A stretch of 64,000 nucleotides of DNA, from positions 3,112 to 67,111 of the forward strand of contig JAJXVT010000003.1 of the NCBI GenBank assembly GCA_021781995.1, written 5' to 3'. Below the pieces are notes generated by a model. That model worked only from the letters and a program-made list of their open reading frames with translations. It had not been told where the DNA came from and ran no database searches. Positions 9,236 to 19,055 of the stretch are shown here, piece by piece; the stretch's first letter is position 1; every line of letters starts with the position of its first letter. Origin of the DNA: a bacterium. Lineage in GTDB: Bacteria; Chlamydiota; Chlamydiia; Chlamydiales; SM23-39. Position numbers and translations under genes: made by a program.

Positions 9236-10558
9236 ATGTTCGGGTCGCTGACAGAAAAGCTGCAAAATTTATTTGCAAACCTCTCAGGAAAGAGGTCTTT
9301 AACTGAGGAGAATATCTCCGATGCGGTGCGTCAAGTACGACTTGCATTGCTTGAAGCAGATGTGAATTACGGCGTAACGAGTGATTTCGTTAAGCGCGTA
9401 AAAGAAAAATCGCTGGGTGAAGGGGTTGTAAAATCAGTTAACCCTGGCCAGCAGTTTATTAAGCTGGTTCACGATGAATTGATCGCATTGATGGGGCATG
9501 ATGAGGCTCCTCTCGACTTGAATGGCAAGATGTCGGTCGTGATGTTATGTGGATTGCAAGGTTCCGGAAAAACGACAACTTGTGCTAAAATTGCAGCCTT
9601 TATACGCAAGACGGCAAAGCACAAACGAGTTTTGATGGCCGCCTGCGATTTGCAAAGACCGGCTGCAGTGGAGCAGTTAAAGAAATTAGGAGCAGATCTG
9701 CAAATAGAGGTATTTGCAGTAGATGGCGAACTGGATCCCCTGAAAGTGGCGAAATTAGCGCGAGATAAAGCTGCGCGTGAAGAATTTGATGTTCTGCTGA
9801 TTGATACGGCAGGGCGGCTTCACCTCGATGAAGAGTTGATGAAGCAACTGCAGGCAATGAAGCAGTTATTAGAGCCCCGCGAAGTGTTATTTGTCGCCAA
9901 TGCCGCGACTGGGCAGGATGCGGTGAAAATTGCAGCTGCGTTTAATGAGAAAGTGGCAATCACGGGAACGGTGCTTACTATGCTCGACTCAAATACGAGA
10001 GCAGGGGCAGCCATTTCGATCCGCGAGGTAACGAAAAAACCTCTGAAATTTGAGGGCATGGGGGAGAGGGTTGCCGATTTGCAGGTATTCAATCCCCGTT
10101 CCATGGCCGATCGAATTCTCGGCATGGGAGATGTGATCAATCTCGTCAAGAAGGCTCAAGACGCTTTTGGCGAGAAGCAGAACGAAGAGTTTGAACAGAA
10201 GTTAAGAAAAGCTTCTTTTACATACGAAGACTATCTAAAACAGATGGGTATGGTGAAGAAAATGGGTTCCTTCAAAAGTTTGTTGAAGATGATGCCCGGT
10301 TTTTCTAACTTTGGAGACCTCGAATTTTCGGATAAAGAATTCAATCGGCTGGAGGCGATGATCCTGTCGATGACCCCTGCTGAGCGGCAAGAGAAAGTGG
10401 AATTGGAGCATAGCCGCCGCAGAAGAATAGCCAAAGGAAGCGGCGTTCCATTAGACGATGTAAACCGAATGGTGAAAGGGTTTAAAAAGGTAAAACAGTT
10501 ATTAAAAAGCATGCCCGATATTAAAAGCGCAGCGAAAAAGTTCGGGTTTGGAAATTGA
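9236..10558 (+). CDS. ffh: Signal recognition particle protein Ffh
   Basis: N and G domains (GLQGSGKTTT, DTAGR) followed by a Met-rich M domain. Confidence 0.95.
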   Translation: MFGSLTEKLQNLFANLSGKRSLTEENISDAVRQVRLALLEADVNYGVTSDFVKRVKEKSLGEGVVKSVNPGQQFIKLVHDELIALMGHDEAPLDLNGKMSVVMLCGLQGSGKTTTCAKIAAFIRKTAKHKRVLMAACDLQRPAAVEQLKKLGADLQIEVFAVDGELDPLKVAKLARDKAAREEFDVLLIDTAGRLHLDEELMKQLQAMKQLLEPREVLFVANAATGQDAVKIAAAFNEKVAITGTVLTMLDSNTRAGAAISIREVTKKPLKFEGMGERVADLQVFNPRSMADRILGMGDVINLVKKAQDAFGEKQNEEFEQKLRKASFTYEDYLKQMGMVKKMGSFKSLLKMMPGFSNFGDLEFSDKEFNRLEAMILSMTPAERQEKVELEHSRRRRIAKGSGVPLDDVNRMVKGFKKVKQLLKSMPDIKSAAKKFGFGN

Positions 10559-10577
10559 GAACAAAAGAAGGTAAAAC

Positions 10578-10898
10578 ATGTTAGTTATCCGCATGAGACA
10601 GCAAGGGGCAACCAGCAGACAGAGGTTCCGCGTTGTTGTCACTGATATTCGCAGCCCGCGCGACGGTGGGAGATATGTTGAGAAATTGGGTTGGTACAAT
10701 CCTTTTGCAGAAGAAGGCAAAAATTATCAACTGGACGTGCCTCGTATCCAATATTGGATCGATCAAGGCGCTCAAATTTCTGATCGCGTTAAGCAATTAG
10801 TAGCTAGATGCTCGCCAGAAACAGTTAAAGATATGACTGCTAAACAAGTGGCTAAAAAAGATAAAGCCCGCACATTGCGTAAGAAAAAGGACGCGTAA
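10578..10898 (+). CDS. rpsP: 30S ribosomal protein S16
   Basis: MLVIRMRQQGATSRQRFRVVV...GWYNP is the S16 N-terminal signature; Lys-rich tail. Confidence 0.9.
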   Translation: MLVIRMRQQGATSRQRFRVVVTDIRSPRDGGRYVEKLGWYNPFAEEGKNYQLDVPRIQYWIDQGAQISDRVKQLVARCSPETVKDMTAKQVAKKDKARTLRKKKDA

Positions 10899-10905
10899 GT
10901 TAGGG

Positions 10906-11616
10906 ATGAAATTCGATATCCTGTCTCTATTTCCCGAGTACTTTGCTGGGCCATTTGATGTAAGCATGGTAAAGAGAGCTAGAGAATCTGGTTCTATCGA
11001 ATTGAATCTAATCAACATCCGCGATTTTGCGCCGGGAAAACACAAACGAGTCGATGAGCGCCCATTTGGGGGAGGGCCGGGGATGGTCCTCGCTCCGCAG
11101 CCAGTGGCAGACGCGATTCGAAGTGTGAAGACCGACAGATCGCGGGTTGTTTATCTCTCGCCGCAAGGACGTCTTCTCAATGCAAAAAAATGCGAGGAAC
11201 TTTCGCGGTATGAGCACTTGATCTTGCTTTGCGGTCACTATGAAGGGATCGATGAGAGGGTCTTGCAAAAAGAAGTCGATGAAGAGATCAGCATCGGCGA
11301 CTATGTGTTGACGAACGGCTGTGTTGCTGCGATTGTCCTCGTCGACGCTGTGATGAGATTTGTTCCCGGAGTCATCGGCCATCCCGATGCAGTACATCAA
11401 GATTCGTTTCAAAACGGAATTTTTGATGCACCTCACTACACGAGGCCGGAGGAATTTGAAGGGATGGGCGTCCCTGAGGTATTGCGCAATGGAAATCATT
11501 CGCAAATCCAACGTTGGCGCCATGAACAGGCATTAAACAAAACAGGCCGGGTGCGACCCGAGCTGCTAGAAGGTTATTTAGAAGGAGTATATCGTGAGCC
11601 GCTCACCAATTCTTGA
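10906..11616 (+). CDS. trmD: tRNA (guanine37-N1)-methyltransferase
   Basis: MKFDILSLFPEYF..., YLSPQG and LLCGHYEGIDERV are TrmD motifs; rpsP-trmD-rplS synteny. Confidence 0.95.
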   Translation: MKFDILSLFPEYFAGPFDVSMVKRARESGSIELNLINIRDFAPGKHKRVDERPFGGGPGMVLAPQPVADAIRSVKTDRSRVVYLSPQGRLLNAKKCEELSRYEHLILLCGHYEGIDERVLQKEVDEEISIGDYVLTNGCVAAIVLVDAVMRFVPGVIGHPDAVHQDSFQNGIFDAPHYTRPEEFEGMGVPEVLRNGNHSQIQRWRHEQALNKTGRVRPELLEGYLEGVYREPLTNS

Positions 11617-12007
11617 GGAAGTTGAATCCTCGTATTTGAAAAAGGAAATCCCTCTCTTCAACGTAGGGGATACGGTCCGCATCCAGACCCGGATTATAGA
11701 AGGCGATAAAGAACGTCTTCAGGCCTTTTTGGGCATCGTTATTGCCCGCAAAGGCCAAGGTCTTTCGGAAACATTTACACTGTATCGTACTGCATACGGT
11801 TCGAGCATGGAGAGAGTATTCCTCCTCCACAGTCCTCGCATCTCCAATATTGAAGTGGTTCGCCCGGGGAAAGTTCGCCGTGCCAAGCTTTATTATTTGC
11901 GTGGTAAACAAGGCAAAGGTTCTAAAGTACGCGAACAATTCGTAGCAGGTGGAAAACAACAAGCTGCAGTAGTTTCTGCCGCACCTGCAGCCGATGTGGG
12001 CGTTTGA
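11594..12007 (+). CDS. rplS: 50S ribosomal protein L19
   Basis: FNVGDTVRIQTRIIEGDKERLQAFLGIVIA is the L19 core. GTG start with a GAAGGAG SD at 11581-11587. Confidence 0.9.
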   Translation: MSRSPILEEVESSYLKKEIPLFNVGDTVRIQTRIIEGDKERLQAFLGIVIARKGQGLSETFTLYRTAYGSSMERVFLLHSPRISNIEVVRPGKVRRAKLYYLRGKQGKGSKVREQFVAGGKQQAAVVSAAPAADVGV

Positions 12008-12620
12008 ACGCAGCCTCTGGGCTCAAGGTATTCACCGGCTAGCAGGAATTGATGAAGCCGGTAGGGGCCCGCTCGCCGGGCCTGTTGTCGCAGCTTGTTG
12101 TGTGTTAACAGCAGAGTCTCCTGGACTCAACGCTGTCAACGACAGCAAGCAGCTCGGCGAATCCGAAAGACTGAGTCTTTTCGATATCATTTGCAATACT
12201 TCCGAATTGCAATTCGGAATTGGTATAGCCGATCATCTTGAAATCGATCGTCTCAATATTTTACGAGCTACATTTTTAGCGATGCAAAGAGCAGTCGATC
12301 AGTTAACTAATAAACCTGATTTGATTCTAGTTGACGGTCATCTTGTACCTTCTTTTGGCATTCCTACTATCCCCATTGTCAAAGGAGATTCCAAGTCTAT
12401 AGTAATTGCCGCCGCGTCCATTTTAGCTAAAGTTACTCGAGATAAAATGATGATTGCATTTGACCTAGCTTATCCCCAATATGGCTTCAGCGGGCACAAA
12501 GGTTATGGAACGCCAGAACACTTAGCTGCCATTGACCGATTCGGCCCTTGCGATATCCATCGCCGAAGTTTCGATCCAATTAAAAAAAATTTTCTTCCAT
12601 CTCAGCTCGATTTTCTTTAG
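11994..12620 (+). CDS. rnhB: Ribonuclease HII
   Basis: GIDEAGRGPLAGPVV active-site motif and GDSKS motif. Confidence 0.92.
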   Translation: MWAFERSLWAQGIHRLAGIDEAGRGPLAGPVVAACCVLTAESPGLNAVNDSKQLGESERLSLFDIICNTSELQFGIGIADHLEIDRLNILRATFLAMQRAVDQLTNKPDLILVDGHLVPSFGIPTIPIVKGDSKSIVIAAASILAKVTRDKMMIAFDLAYPQYGFSGHKGYGTPEHLAAIDRFGPCDIHRRSFDPIKKNFLPSQLDFL

Positions 12621-12626
12621 AATCAA

Positions 12627-12674
12627 GAGCCAGTTGCAAAACTGCTTTGTCCGTTAAAAGCGCCTTTTTAAAGG
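12627..12674. repeat. Half-copy of the intergenic repeat family (TIR-like gagccagttgcaaaact + ttgtccgttaaaa)
   Basis: gagccagttgcaaaactgctttgtccgttaaaag parallels 46086-46117 (gaggcaattgcaaaactcatttttccgttaaaatg). Confidence 0.5.
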
Positions 12675-12716
12675 AAAACAAGTTTGGCAACTAGCCCTCA
12701 AAATAAGGTATTTTTC

Positions 12717-13604
12717 ATGATTGCAAGTATGACAGGTTTTGGCAGGGCAAAGCAAGATGGCCCTAAAGGGACTGTTATTGTAGAAATCCAATCTATCAAT
12801 CGCAAATTTCTTGAGGTGTTTGTTTCATTGCCTAAAGAGCTCTTGCGTTTTGAAAACGAAGTTCGTAAATCCATTGGAGAAAGCGTCCTAAGAGGACAGG
12901 TATCGGTTAGAATTCATTATCTGCCAAGTCTTTCGATGCTTCAATACTGTTTGCCGAATCGAGAGTTGCTAAGCGCTATGAAAATTGGCTGGGAACAAAT
13001 AGCCGATTTTTTAGGTTATGATCCCAAAACGATTGATTTATCTTTTCTTTTACAGCATTCTGTATCCGAATCCAAACAATCCTTGCTGGAATCTTTTCGC
13101 CAAGAGGATTTTATCCATATAGGTGCGTGTTTATCCGAAGCTCTGCAGCGTCTCAATGAAATGAAAATCAAAGAGGGACAAGCTTTAATTCACGATATAG
13201 CTGAGCGTCTTCGATTGTTAGCGCATTTATTGGATAAAATTGAACAACTTGCTCCGGAATCCACAATGAAAATGCGCAAAAAACTCAAAGAGCGAATGGA
13301 AGAAATTTTTCGACCTAACTCTGAATTAGATGAAAGACTTTTGCGGGAGGTTGCGATATTTGCAGAGAGAGTTGATATCACCGAAGAAATTACACGTTTA
13401 AAATCTCATTTTGCTCAATATCAAGCGATTTTAGCCAAAAAGCTTCAAGGAAGCGGTCGAAAAATGGACTTTTTAGTGCAAGAAATCGGGCGAGAAATCA
13501 ATACGATAGGCTCTAAGGCTTTGGATGCAGAAATTGCGCATTTAGTAGTAGAGATGAAAAGCGAGTTAGAAAAAATCAGAGAACAAATTCAAAATATTGA
13601 GTGA
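12717..13604 (+). CDS. yicC: YicC-family stress-induced protein
   Basis: MIASMTGFGRA N-terminus and C-terminal LVQEIGREINTIGSKA motif. The start was moved to the ATG at 12717 inside ORF 12684..13604. Confidence 0.85.
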   Translation: MIASMTGFGRAKQDGPKGTVIVEIQSINRKFLEVFVSLPKELLRFENEVRKSIGESVLRGQVSVRIHYLPSLSMLQYCLPNRELLSAMKIGWEQIADFLGYDPKTIDLSFLLQHSVSESKQSLLESFRQEDFIHIGACLSEALQRLNEMKIKEGQALIHDIAERLRLLAHLLDKIEQLAPESTMKMRKKLKERMEEIFRPNSELDERLLREVAIFAERVDITEEITRLKSHFAQYQAILAKKLQGSGRKMDFLVQEIGREINTIGSKALDAEIAHLVVEMKSELEKIREQIQNIE

Positions 13605-13606
13605 TC

Positions 13607-14194
13607 ATGATGCAAGTGCTTGGCGGTCTTCAAAAAGGGTTGGTCTTTGTGATCAGCGCGCCAGCTGGAACTGGAAAAACGACGTTAACGCGAATGCTTT
13701 GCCAAGAATTTGCTTGTGTCACCGAAAGCATTTCCTATACTACTCGATCCATCCGCAGCGGAGAAGTTCCAGGGAATGATTATTATTTTATTCCCCAGGA
13801 AGAATTTAAGAAAAAAATTATGGAGGGCGAATTTTTAGAATATGCACAGGTTTTTAGCCATTATTATGGCACCTCAAAAATTCAAGTCGAAGCTGAGCAA
13901 AAAAGGGGAAAACATGTTGTTTTAGTGATAGATACGCAAGGCGCTCTACAGCTTATGGGTACTTATCCAGCTGTTTTTATTTTTATTAAACCTCCTAGCA
14001 TTAATGAGTTACGTCGGCGTCTTGTGGCCAGAAAATCAGATGCCTTAGATGCAATTGAACAAAGGCTCTCATGGGCGGAAAAGGAAATGTCATTGGCCAA
14101 TCGATATGATTACACAATTGTCAATCAGGATTTAGATATAGCCTATTCTGTTCTGCGTTCTATCCTCATCGCTGAAGAACATAAAAATCATTGA
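13607..14194 (+). CDS. gmk: Guanylate kinase
   Basis: P-loop SAPAGTGKTTL, SYTTR motif and EYAQVFSHYYGT. ATG at 13607; an in-frame GTG at 13601 is an alternative start. Confidence 0.9.
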   Translation: MMQVLGGLQKGLVFVISAPAGTGKTTLTRMLCQEFACVTESISYTTRSIRSGEVPGNDYYFIPQEEFKKKIMEGEFLEYAQVFSHYYGTSKIQVEAEQKRGKHVVLVIDTQGALQLMGTYPAVFIFIKPPSINELRRRLVARKSDALDAIEQRLSWAEKEMSLANRYDYTIVNQDLDIAYSVLRSILIAEEHKNH

Positions 14195-14243
14195 AAGAAA
14201 TGCCTCTTTGGTTAACACTAGGTGAGTTAATCTCGAGGTATTT

Positions 14244-14438
14244 ATGCGTCACGATACACTCACTACAGAGTTTTTGAGAAAAAAATTTAAAAACAATTTT
14301 GACTTGTGCAACTTTTCTATCAATGTTGCTCGCAATGTCATTTTGAGCGGTCAACAAAGTTTGACTATTTATGAAATGCTAGATGCGATTTCGAGTCGAG
14401 CAGATGAACGTCGAGAAAGAAACGCATTTCAGTCATGA
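14244..14438 (+). CDS. Possible RNA polymerase omega subunit (64 aa)
   Basis: It sits immediately downstream of gmk, the usual rpoZ position. KNNFDLCNFSINVARNVILSG loosely matches the omega core (GNRFDL....AARRAR). Confidence 0.45.
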   Translation: MRHDTLTTEFLRKKFKNNFDLCNFSINVARNVILSGQQSLTIYEMLDAISSRADERRERNAFQS

Positions 14439-16474
14439 AGATTTTAATCACCTCGGCTTTGCCTTACGCGAATGGTCCTTTGCATTTTGGCCATATCGCG
14501 GGAGCATATCTTCCCGGAGATTGTTATGCTCGTTTTGAACGGTTGCAAGGAAACGAGGTGCTTTATCTTTGTGGATCTGACGAGTATGGCGTTGCAATTA
14601 CTTTGAGCGCCGAACTCGCCGGGCGTTCTCCGCAAGAACACGTCGATATATTTCATGCGATCAATAAAGCTCTTTTTGACAAATTGCAGTTTTCATTTGA
14701 TCATTATAGTCGAACGACTTGGGAAGGACATGCTGCTCCTGTTCAGGAGTTTTTCTTTGCTTTGCAGAAGAAAGGTTTGATCGAAGAAAGAACCGAAAAT
14801 CATCTTTATTCGATGAAAGAAAAACGGTTTTTGGCAGATCGGTATGTAGTCGGAACCTGTCCTAAGTGCAGTTTTGATCAAGCCCGCGGTGACGAGTGTC
14901 AAAAATGCGCTGCTTCTTATGAAGCAACGGATTTAAAAAATCCGCGTTCTAAATTGTCTGGCGATGCGTTGGTTTTAAAGCCTAGCACGCACCTTTATTT
15001 GCGTTTCGATCATTTTCGTCAGCAGCTCTTTGATTGGATTCGCTCAAAAGATTGGAAAGAAAATGTCGTTCATTTTGCGATGCGTTACATCGATGAATTA
15101 AAGCCGCGCGCCATCACTCGCGATTCGAGTTGGGGAGTCCCTGTACCCGGTTATCCGGATAAGGTTTTTTATGTTTGGTTTGATGCTCCTATCGGTTATA
15201 TTTCAGCAGCGCAAGAATGGGCACAAAAAATAGGCGATTCAAGAGCATGGGAGCGTTTCTGGTTAGAACCGGAAACAAAATTGATTCACTTTATTGGAAA
15301 GGATAATATCCCATTCCATACAGTCTTTTTTCCAGCAATGCTCATGGGGCAAGATCGACCGTATAAGCTTCCCGATGAAGTTCCTGCTAATGAATTTTAC
15401 ATGCTAGAAGGAAGGCAGTTTTCAAAGTCTGATAATTGGACGATTGATCTAGAAGATTTTTTTCAACATTATAGCGCCGATCAAATTCGATATGCAATTG
15501 CGTCCAATGCACCTGAAACAGCCGATTCAGATTTTAGTTGGAAAGATTTTCAGATGCGCTGCAATGCAGAACTGCTGGGAAAATTCGGTAACTTTGTACA
15601 TCGTGTTCTTGTATTTGCAAAGCAACATTGTCAATCTTGTGTGCCTTTAGCTCAAACATTGGACGAAGAGGATCGTTTTTTTTCTACACAGATGAGCGCT
15701 CTTGTTAAAACAGCCGCAAGTCATTATTCAAAATTTTCGCTTCGAAAAGCGTGTCAGACCTTAATGGAATTAGCTCACCTCGGAAATGCTTATTTTGATC
15801 ACAAAAAACCGTGGGTGTTAGCTAAAGATCCGGCTAAAGTTCCGATATTGCAAGCATGTATTGCCTTGTGTTTGGAATGCATTAAAAATTTAGCATTGGT
15901 TGCCTCTCCTATTATTCCAACTTCAGCACAGATTGTTTGGAATCTTTTGGGCAATCATTCCGAACTTTCGCAAGGATTATGGAATACTATTGCTGCTACC
16001 CCATTGCCTACAGGTCAGCGCTTAGGTGAATCGACTCCGCTTTTCCGTAAAGTAGAAGATGTTGAAATTGAGCAGCAAATCGCAAAACTTGGATTGAAGA
16101 AAAATCCCCAGGAGATTCAAATGACCGTTCCGCCGACCTATGAGCCATTTAAAGAAAGCATTGCTTATGATGCATTTGACAAAGTGGATTTAAGAGTGGC
16201 ATTAGTGTTAGAAGTTGAGAAAGTTCCCAAGTCCAAAAAGCTTCTCAAATTGACGTTAGATCTGGGATCGGAAAAACGTACTGTCGTGTCTGGTATTGCA
16301 TTGCATTATCAGCCGGATCAGTTAATTGGAAGAAAAGTTGTGTTCCTAGCGAACCTAGCTCCCGCAACGATTATGGGTATTGAAAGCCAAGGAATGGTGT
16401 TGGCAGCTGGTATTGGCGATAGTTTAGAGTTGCCTTTCATCGATAAATTAGCTCCAGGCGCTTCGATTTGTTAA
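14435..16474 (+). CDS. metG: Methionyl-tRNA synthetase with C-terminal tRNA-binding (Trbp111/EMAP-like) domain
   Basis: HIGH-type HFGHIAG, Zn knuckles CPKC...CQKC and KMSKS-type QFSKSD. The C-terminus (VDLRVALVLEVEKVPKSKKLLKLTLDLG) is the tRNA-binding OB domain. Confidence 0.95.
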   Translation: MKILITSALPYANGPLHFGHIAGAYLPGDCYARFERLQGNEVLYLCGSDEYGVAITLSAELAGRSPQEHVDIFHAINKALFDKLQFSFDHYSRTTWEGHAAPVQEFFFALQKKGLIEERTENHLYSMKEKRFLADRYVVGTCPKCSFDQARGDECQKCAASYEATDLKNPRSKLSGDALVLKPSTHLYLRFDHFRQQLFDWIRSKDWKENVVHFAMRYIDELKPRAITRDSSWGVPVPGYPDKVFYVWFDAPIGYISAAQEWAQKIGDSRAWERFWLEPETKLIHFIGKDNIPFHTVFFPAMLMGQDRPYKLPDEVPANEFYMLEGRQFSKSDNWTIDLEDFFQHYSADQIRYAIASNAPETADSDFSWKDFQMRCNAELLGKFGNFVHRVLVFAKQHCQSCVPLAQTLDEEDRFFSTQMSALVKTAASHYSKFSLRKACQTLMELAHLGNAYFDHKKPWVLAKDPAKVPILQACIALCLECIKNLALVASPIIPTSAQIVWNLLGNHSELSQGLWNTIAATPLPTGQRLGESTPLFRKVEDVEIEQQIAKLGLKKNPQEIQMTVPPTYEPFKESIAYDAFDKVDLRVALVLEVEKVPKSKKLLKLTLDLGSEKRTVVSGIALHYQPDQLIGRKVVFLANLAPATIMGIESQGMVLAAGIGDSLELPFIDKLAPGASIC

Positions 16475-18700
16475 TCAAACACCCAATTGCAATTGGGTGT
16501 GAATTGCAATATTTGGGCGCGGAGATTCTTTGATTGCCCGAATTAATCCAGTGTAGCGTTTTTGTACTTGGTCGTTATGAATGGCAATGGCAATTGCCTT
16601 TTTCATTCCTACGAGATAAACTTGTCGTTTGCCCCGAGTCACACCTGTGTATAGTAAATTGCGATGTAGAAGCTTGAAATGGGAAGTGTGAACTGGGATC
16701 ACAACACAGGGACATTCACTTCCTTGGAATTTATGTACAGAAGTAGCATAAGCAAGGACGAGTTCTTCTAATTCCTCAAACTCATATTCCACTTCTTGCG
16801 AATCGAAATGGACCGTTACGACTTGATCGTGCGTATTGATTTTCACGACTCGGCCGATATCGCCATTATAAATTTTTTTATCGTAGTTATTTTTGATTTG
16901 CATCACCTTGTCTTTTGGACTTAAACGGCGTCCGGAACGCACTATAGGAGTTGAAGATGGATTGAGTAGAGCCTGTAACGCATCATTGAGCAATTCAACG
17001 CCAACAGCCCCCCGCTTCATGGGTGATAGGACCTGAATATCTTCAATAGGATCAAATTTCCAAAGTGCGGGCAATTCTTTTGAGACTAATCGCAGGATAA
17101 TTTCTTGAATCGCTTCAGGAGTCTCTGCTTCGATGAAATGGAAATCGCTTTTAGGATCCGTGTGAATTTCCGGAAATTCACCGAGGTTGATGCGGTGAGC
17201 ATTTGTGATGATTTTAGATCCCTTGGCTTGCCGAAAGATTTCGGTGAGTTTTGTGACCCCGATAGAGCCAGATTCAATGAGATCTCGCAGTACAGTCCCA
17301 GGACCTACACTGGGCAATTGATCGATATCCCCTACAAATAACACTCGTGCTTGATTTGGCATTGCTTTCAGCAAGTGAAAGAGAAGCGGAGTATCGATCA
17401 TACTCGCTTCGTCGATGATTAATAAATCGCACTCTAGAGGATTTTCTTTACCTCGTTTGAACCCGCCCGATACAAAATCCATTTCCAGCATTGCGTGAAT
17501 CGTAAAAGCTTTTTTTTTGGTGATTTGCGACAATCGTTTTGCTGCCCGACCTGTAGGTGCTGCCAGCAAAACTCGATTGGTCAATTTCGATGCAACAGTT
17601 AAAATCGAGTTTGTAATTGTGCTTTTACCTGTTCCGGGTCCGCCGGTGATGATATGAACTTTGTCTGTTAAAGCGGCAATGACAGCTGCCTTTTGCTGCT
17701 CTGCAAATTGAATGTGTAGCTGGTTTTCTGCCCAATTGGCAGCTTTGTGTGTATCGATAGCGCGGATGGCTTGCGGGTGATTCAAAAGTCTTTGTAGATC
17801 TTTTGCAATGGCCTGTTCATAGCCCCAAAACGGTCCAAGCCACATAAGACCATCCCGTAGAATAATAGATTGAAGTTCAGATAATCGTTGAATTTCGGCC
17901 TCGATTAAAGGTTCCTCTACACCTAGAGCCTCTTTGGCGAATGGTAAAAAATCTTTGGTGGGAAAGCAAGTATGGCCATCGCCGCTGAGTTCCCATAGTA
18001 CGTGTTCAATGCCGGCGCTTAGACGTGCTGAAGAATGTAGTGGAAAGCCTAATTTTAGAGCGATAGAATCGGCGATTTTGAAGCCTACGCCGTGCACTTC
18101 TTTTGCAAGGCGGTAAGGATTTTCCTGAACCTTTTGGATGCAGGCATCTCCAAGCGAGCGATGAATTCGAACTGCAAAAGCTGGGCTTACTCCATGCGTG
18201 CGCAAAAATAAAATTACCTCGCGAACAGATTTTTGCTCTTTCCAGCTCTCTTTAATTTTTTGAATGCGCTTGGTTCCAAAGCCGTCAATTTCAGCCAATC
18301 GGTGAGGGGTATTGTCAAGGATATTGAGTGTTTCAGAGCCGAATTGGTTGACGATTTTTTCGGCATAAGAAGGACCGATGCCTTTGATGAAACCAGATTC
18401 TAAATATTTTTGAATACCCATTAAATCGGATGGTTTTGCGACCGTGTAATCTGTTACTTCGAATTGTCGTCCGTAATGTGGGTGAGTTTTCCAAATTCCC
18501 TGGCAGACGACAGTTTCTCCTGGTTGGACTGCAGGAAGTTGCCCGATGATAACGATAGGGTCTTTTTTTCGATTTTCTTTTAAACGCGCGACTGTGAAGC
18601 CATTTTCTGGTTGCACGAATATGATAGAATCGATGAAGCCGGAAATTTGTTCGGACATGCATACAGCGTAACCGTTGCCGTGGATTTTGTCCATTTGCAA
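16475..18700 (-). CDS. recD2: RecD2-type ATP-dependent DNA helicase (RecD/TraA family)
   Basis: Walker A GGPGTGKST, Walker B LLIIDEASM, HhH region and C-terminal ATSVHKFQGSE motif. Confidence 0.88.
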   Translation of the reverse strand: MQMDKIHGNGYAVCMSEQISGFIDSIIFVQPENGFTVARLKENRKKDPIVIIGQLPAVQPGETVVCQGIWKTHPHYGRQFEVTDYTVAKPSDLMGIQKYLESGFIKGIGPSYAEKIVNQFGSETLNILDNTPHRLAEIDGFGTKRIQKIKESWKEQKSVREVILFLRTHGVSPAFAVRIHRSLGDACIQKVQENPYRLAKEVHGVGFKIADSIALKLGFPLHSSARLSAGIEHVLWELSGDGHTCFPTKDFLPFAKEALGVEEPLIEAEIQRLSELQSIILRDGLMWLGPFWGYEQAIAKDLQRLLNHPQAIRAIDTHKAANWAENQLHIQFAEQQKAAVIAALTDKVHIITGGPGTGKSTITNSILTVASKLTNRVLLAAPTGRAAKRLSQITKKKAFTIHAMLEMDFVSGGFKRGKENPLECDLLIIDEASMIDTPLLFHLLKAMPNQARVLFVGDIDQLPSVGPGTVLRDLIESGSIGVTKLTEIFRQAKGSKIITNAHRINLGEFPEIHTDPKSDFHFIEAETPEAIQEIILRLVSKELPALWKFDPIEDIQVLSPMKRGAVGVELLNDALQALLNPSSTPIVRSGRRLSPKDKVMQIKNNYDKKIYNGDIGRVVKINTHDQVVTVHFDSQEVEYEFEELEELVLAYATSVHKFQGSECPCVVIPVHTSHFKLLHRNLLYTGVTRGKRQVYLVGMKKAIAIAIHNDQVQKRYTGLIRAIKESPRPNIAIHTQLQLGV
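16479..16500. terminator. Perfect 22-nt palindrome at the metG/recD2 convergent junction
   Basis: acacccaattg|caattgggtgt. The metG stop (16472-16474) directly abuts the recD2 stop (16475-16477), so the palindrome lies in the last recD2 codons. Confidence 0.45.
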
Positions 18701-18740
18701 TTAATTCCTCGATTATGTAGAATTGCTTTTTCGATTTCGT

Positions 18741-18812
18741 TCCGGGTTAGCTCAGCGGTAGAGCAGTGGACTGTTAATCCATTGGTCGCTAGTTCGAATC
18801 TAGCACCCGGAG
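18741..18812 (+). tRNA. tRNA-Asn (anticodon GTT)
   Basis: Hand-folded cloverleaf with acceptor tccgggt/acccgga, D arm gctc..gagc and anticodon stem gtgga/tccat. The loop ctGTTaa places GTT at 18773-18775. T arm is gctag-ttcgaat-ctagc; no encoded CCA. Confidence 0.9.
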
Positions 18813-18998
18813 ACTTCCTGGTTGATGTGGCATTGTAGACAGGGTCAAAAACGGCTCACGCAGTGTCACAAGCAGCCTTTTACCTTCCAATTGGAAGTTC
18901 GAAAATACAAAATTCAATAATTGCTGTTTTTCACCCAGTTTCGAACTCATGAAGAGTTCCTTTGCCCGTTTTGCCAAATCTAAGACTGTTTTTGCTGT
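18813..18998 (-). pseudogene. C-terminal remnant of a site-specific (serine-type) recombinase, abutting the tRNA-Asn 3' end
   Basis: The minus-strand frame reads ...TAKTVLDLAKRAKELFMSSKLGEKQQLLNFVFSNFQLEGKRLLVTLREPFLTL. From memory this resembles C-termini of recombinase-family proteins (..EKR.LLNF..SN..L.GK.L...L..PF). There is no N-terminal catalytic domain and a stop lies just upstream. Confidence 0.45.
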
Positions 18999-19055
18999 GA
19001 TAATACAAGTTTCGTTTGCAGTGTTACCTTTGTGGCAAAGATTTTATTTCCTTGT

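Noticed and set aside
17501-17521. A 9-nt homopolymer (T9 on +, Lys-Lys-Lys in recD2), and a similar run in uvrA near 35003, as phase-variation tracts
   Set aside because: Both encode conserved-looking KKK stretches in intact housekeeping genes. Nothing here indicates slippage.
18789-18977. 62-aa ORF treated as an intact gene
   Set aside because: It reads through the 3' end of tRNA-Asn and corresponds only to the tail of a recombinase-like protein. It is scored as a pseudogene remnant instead.
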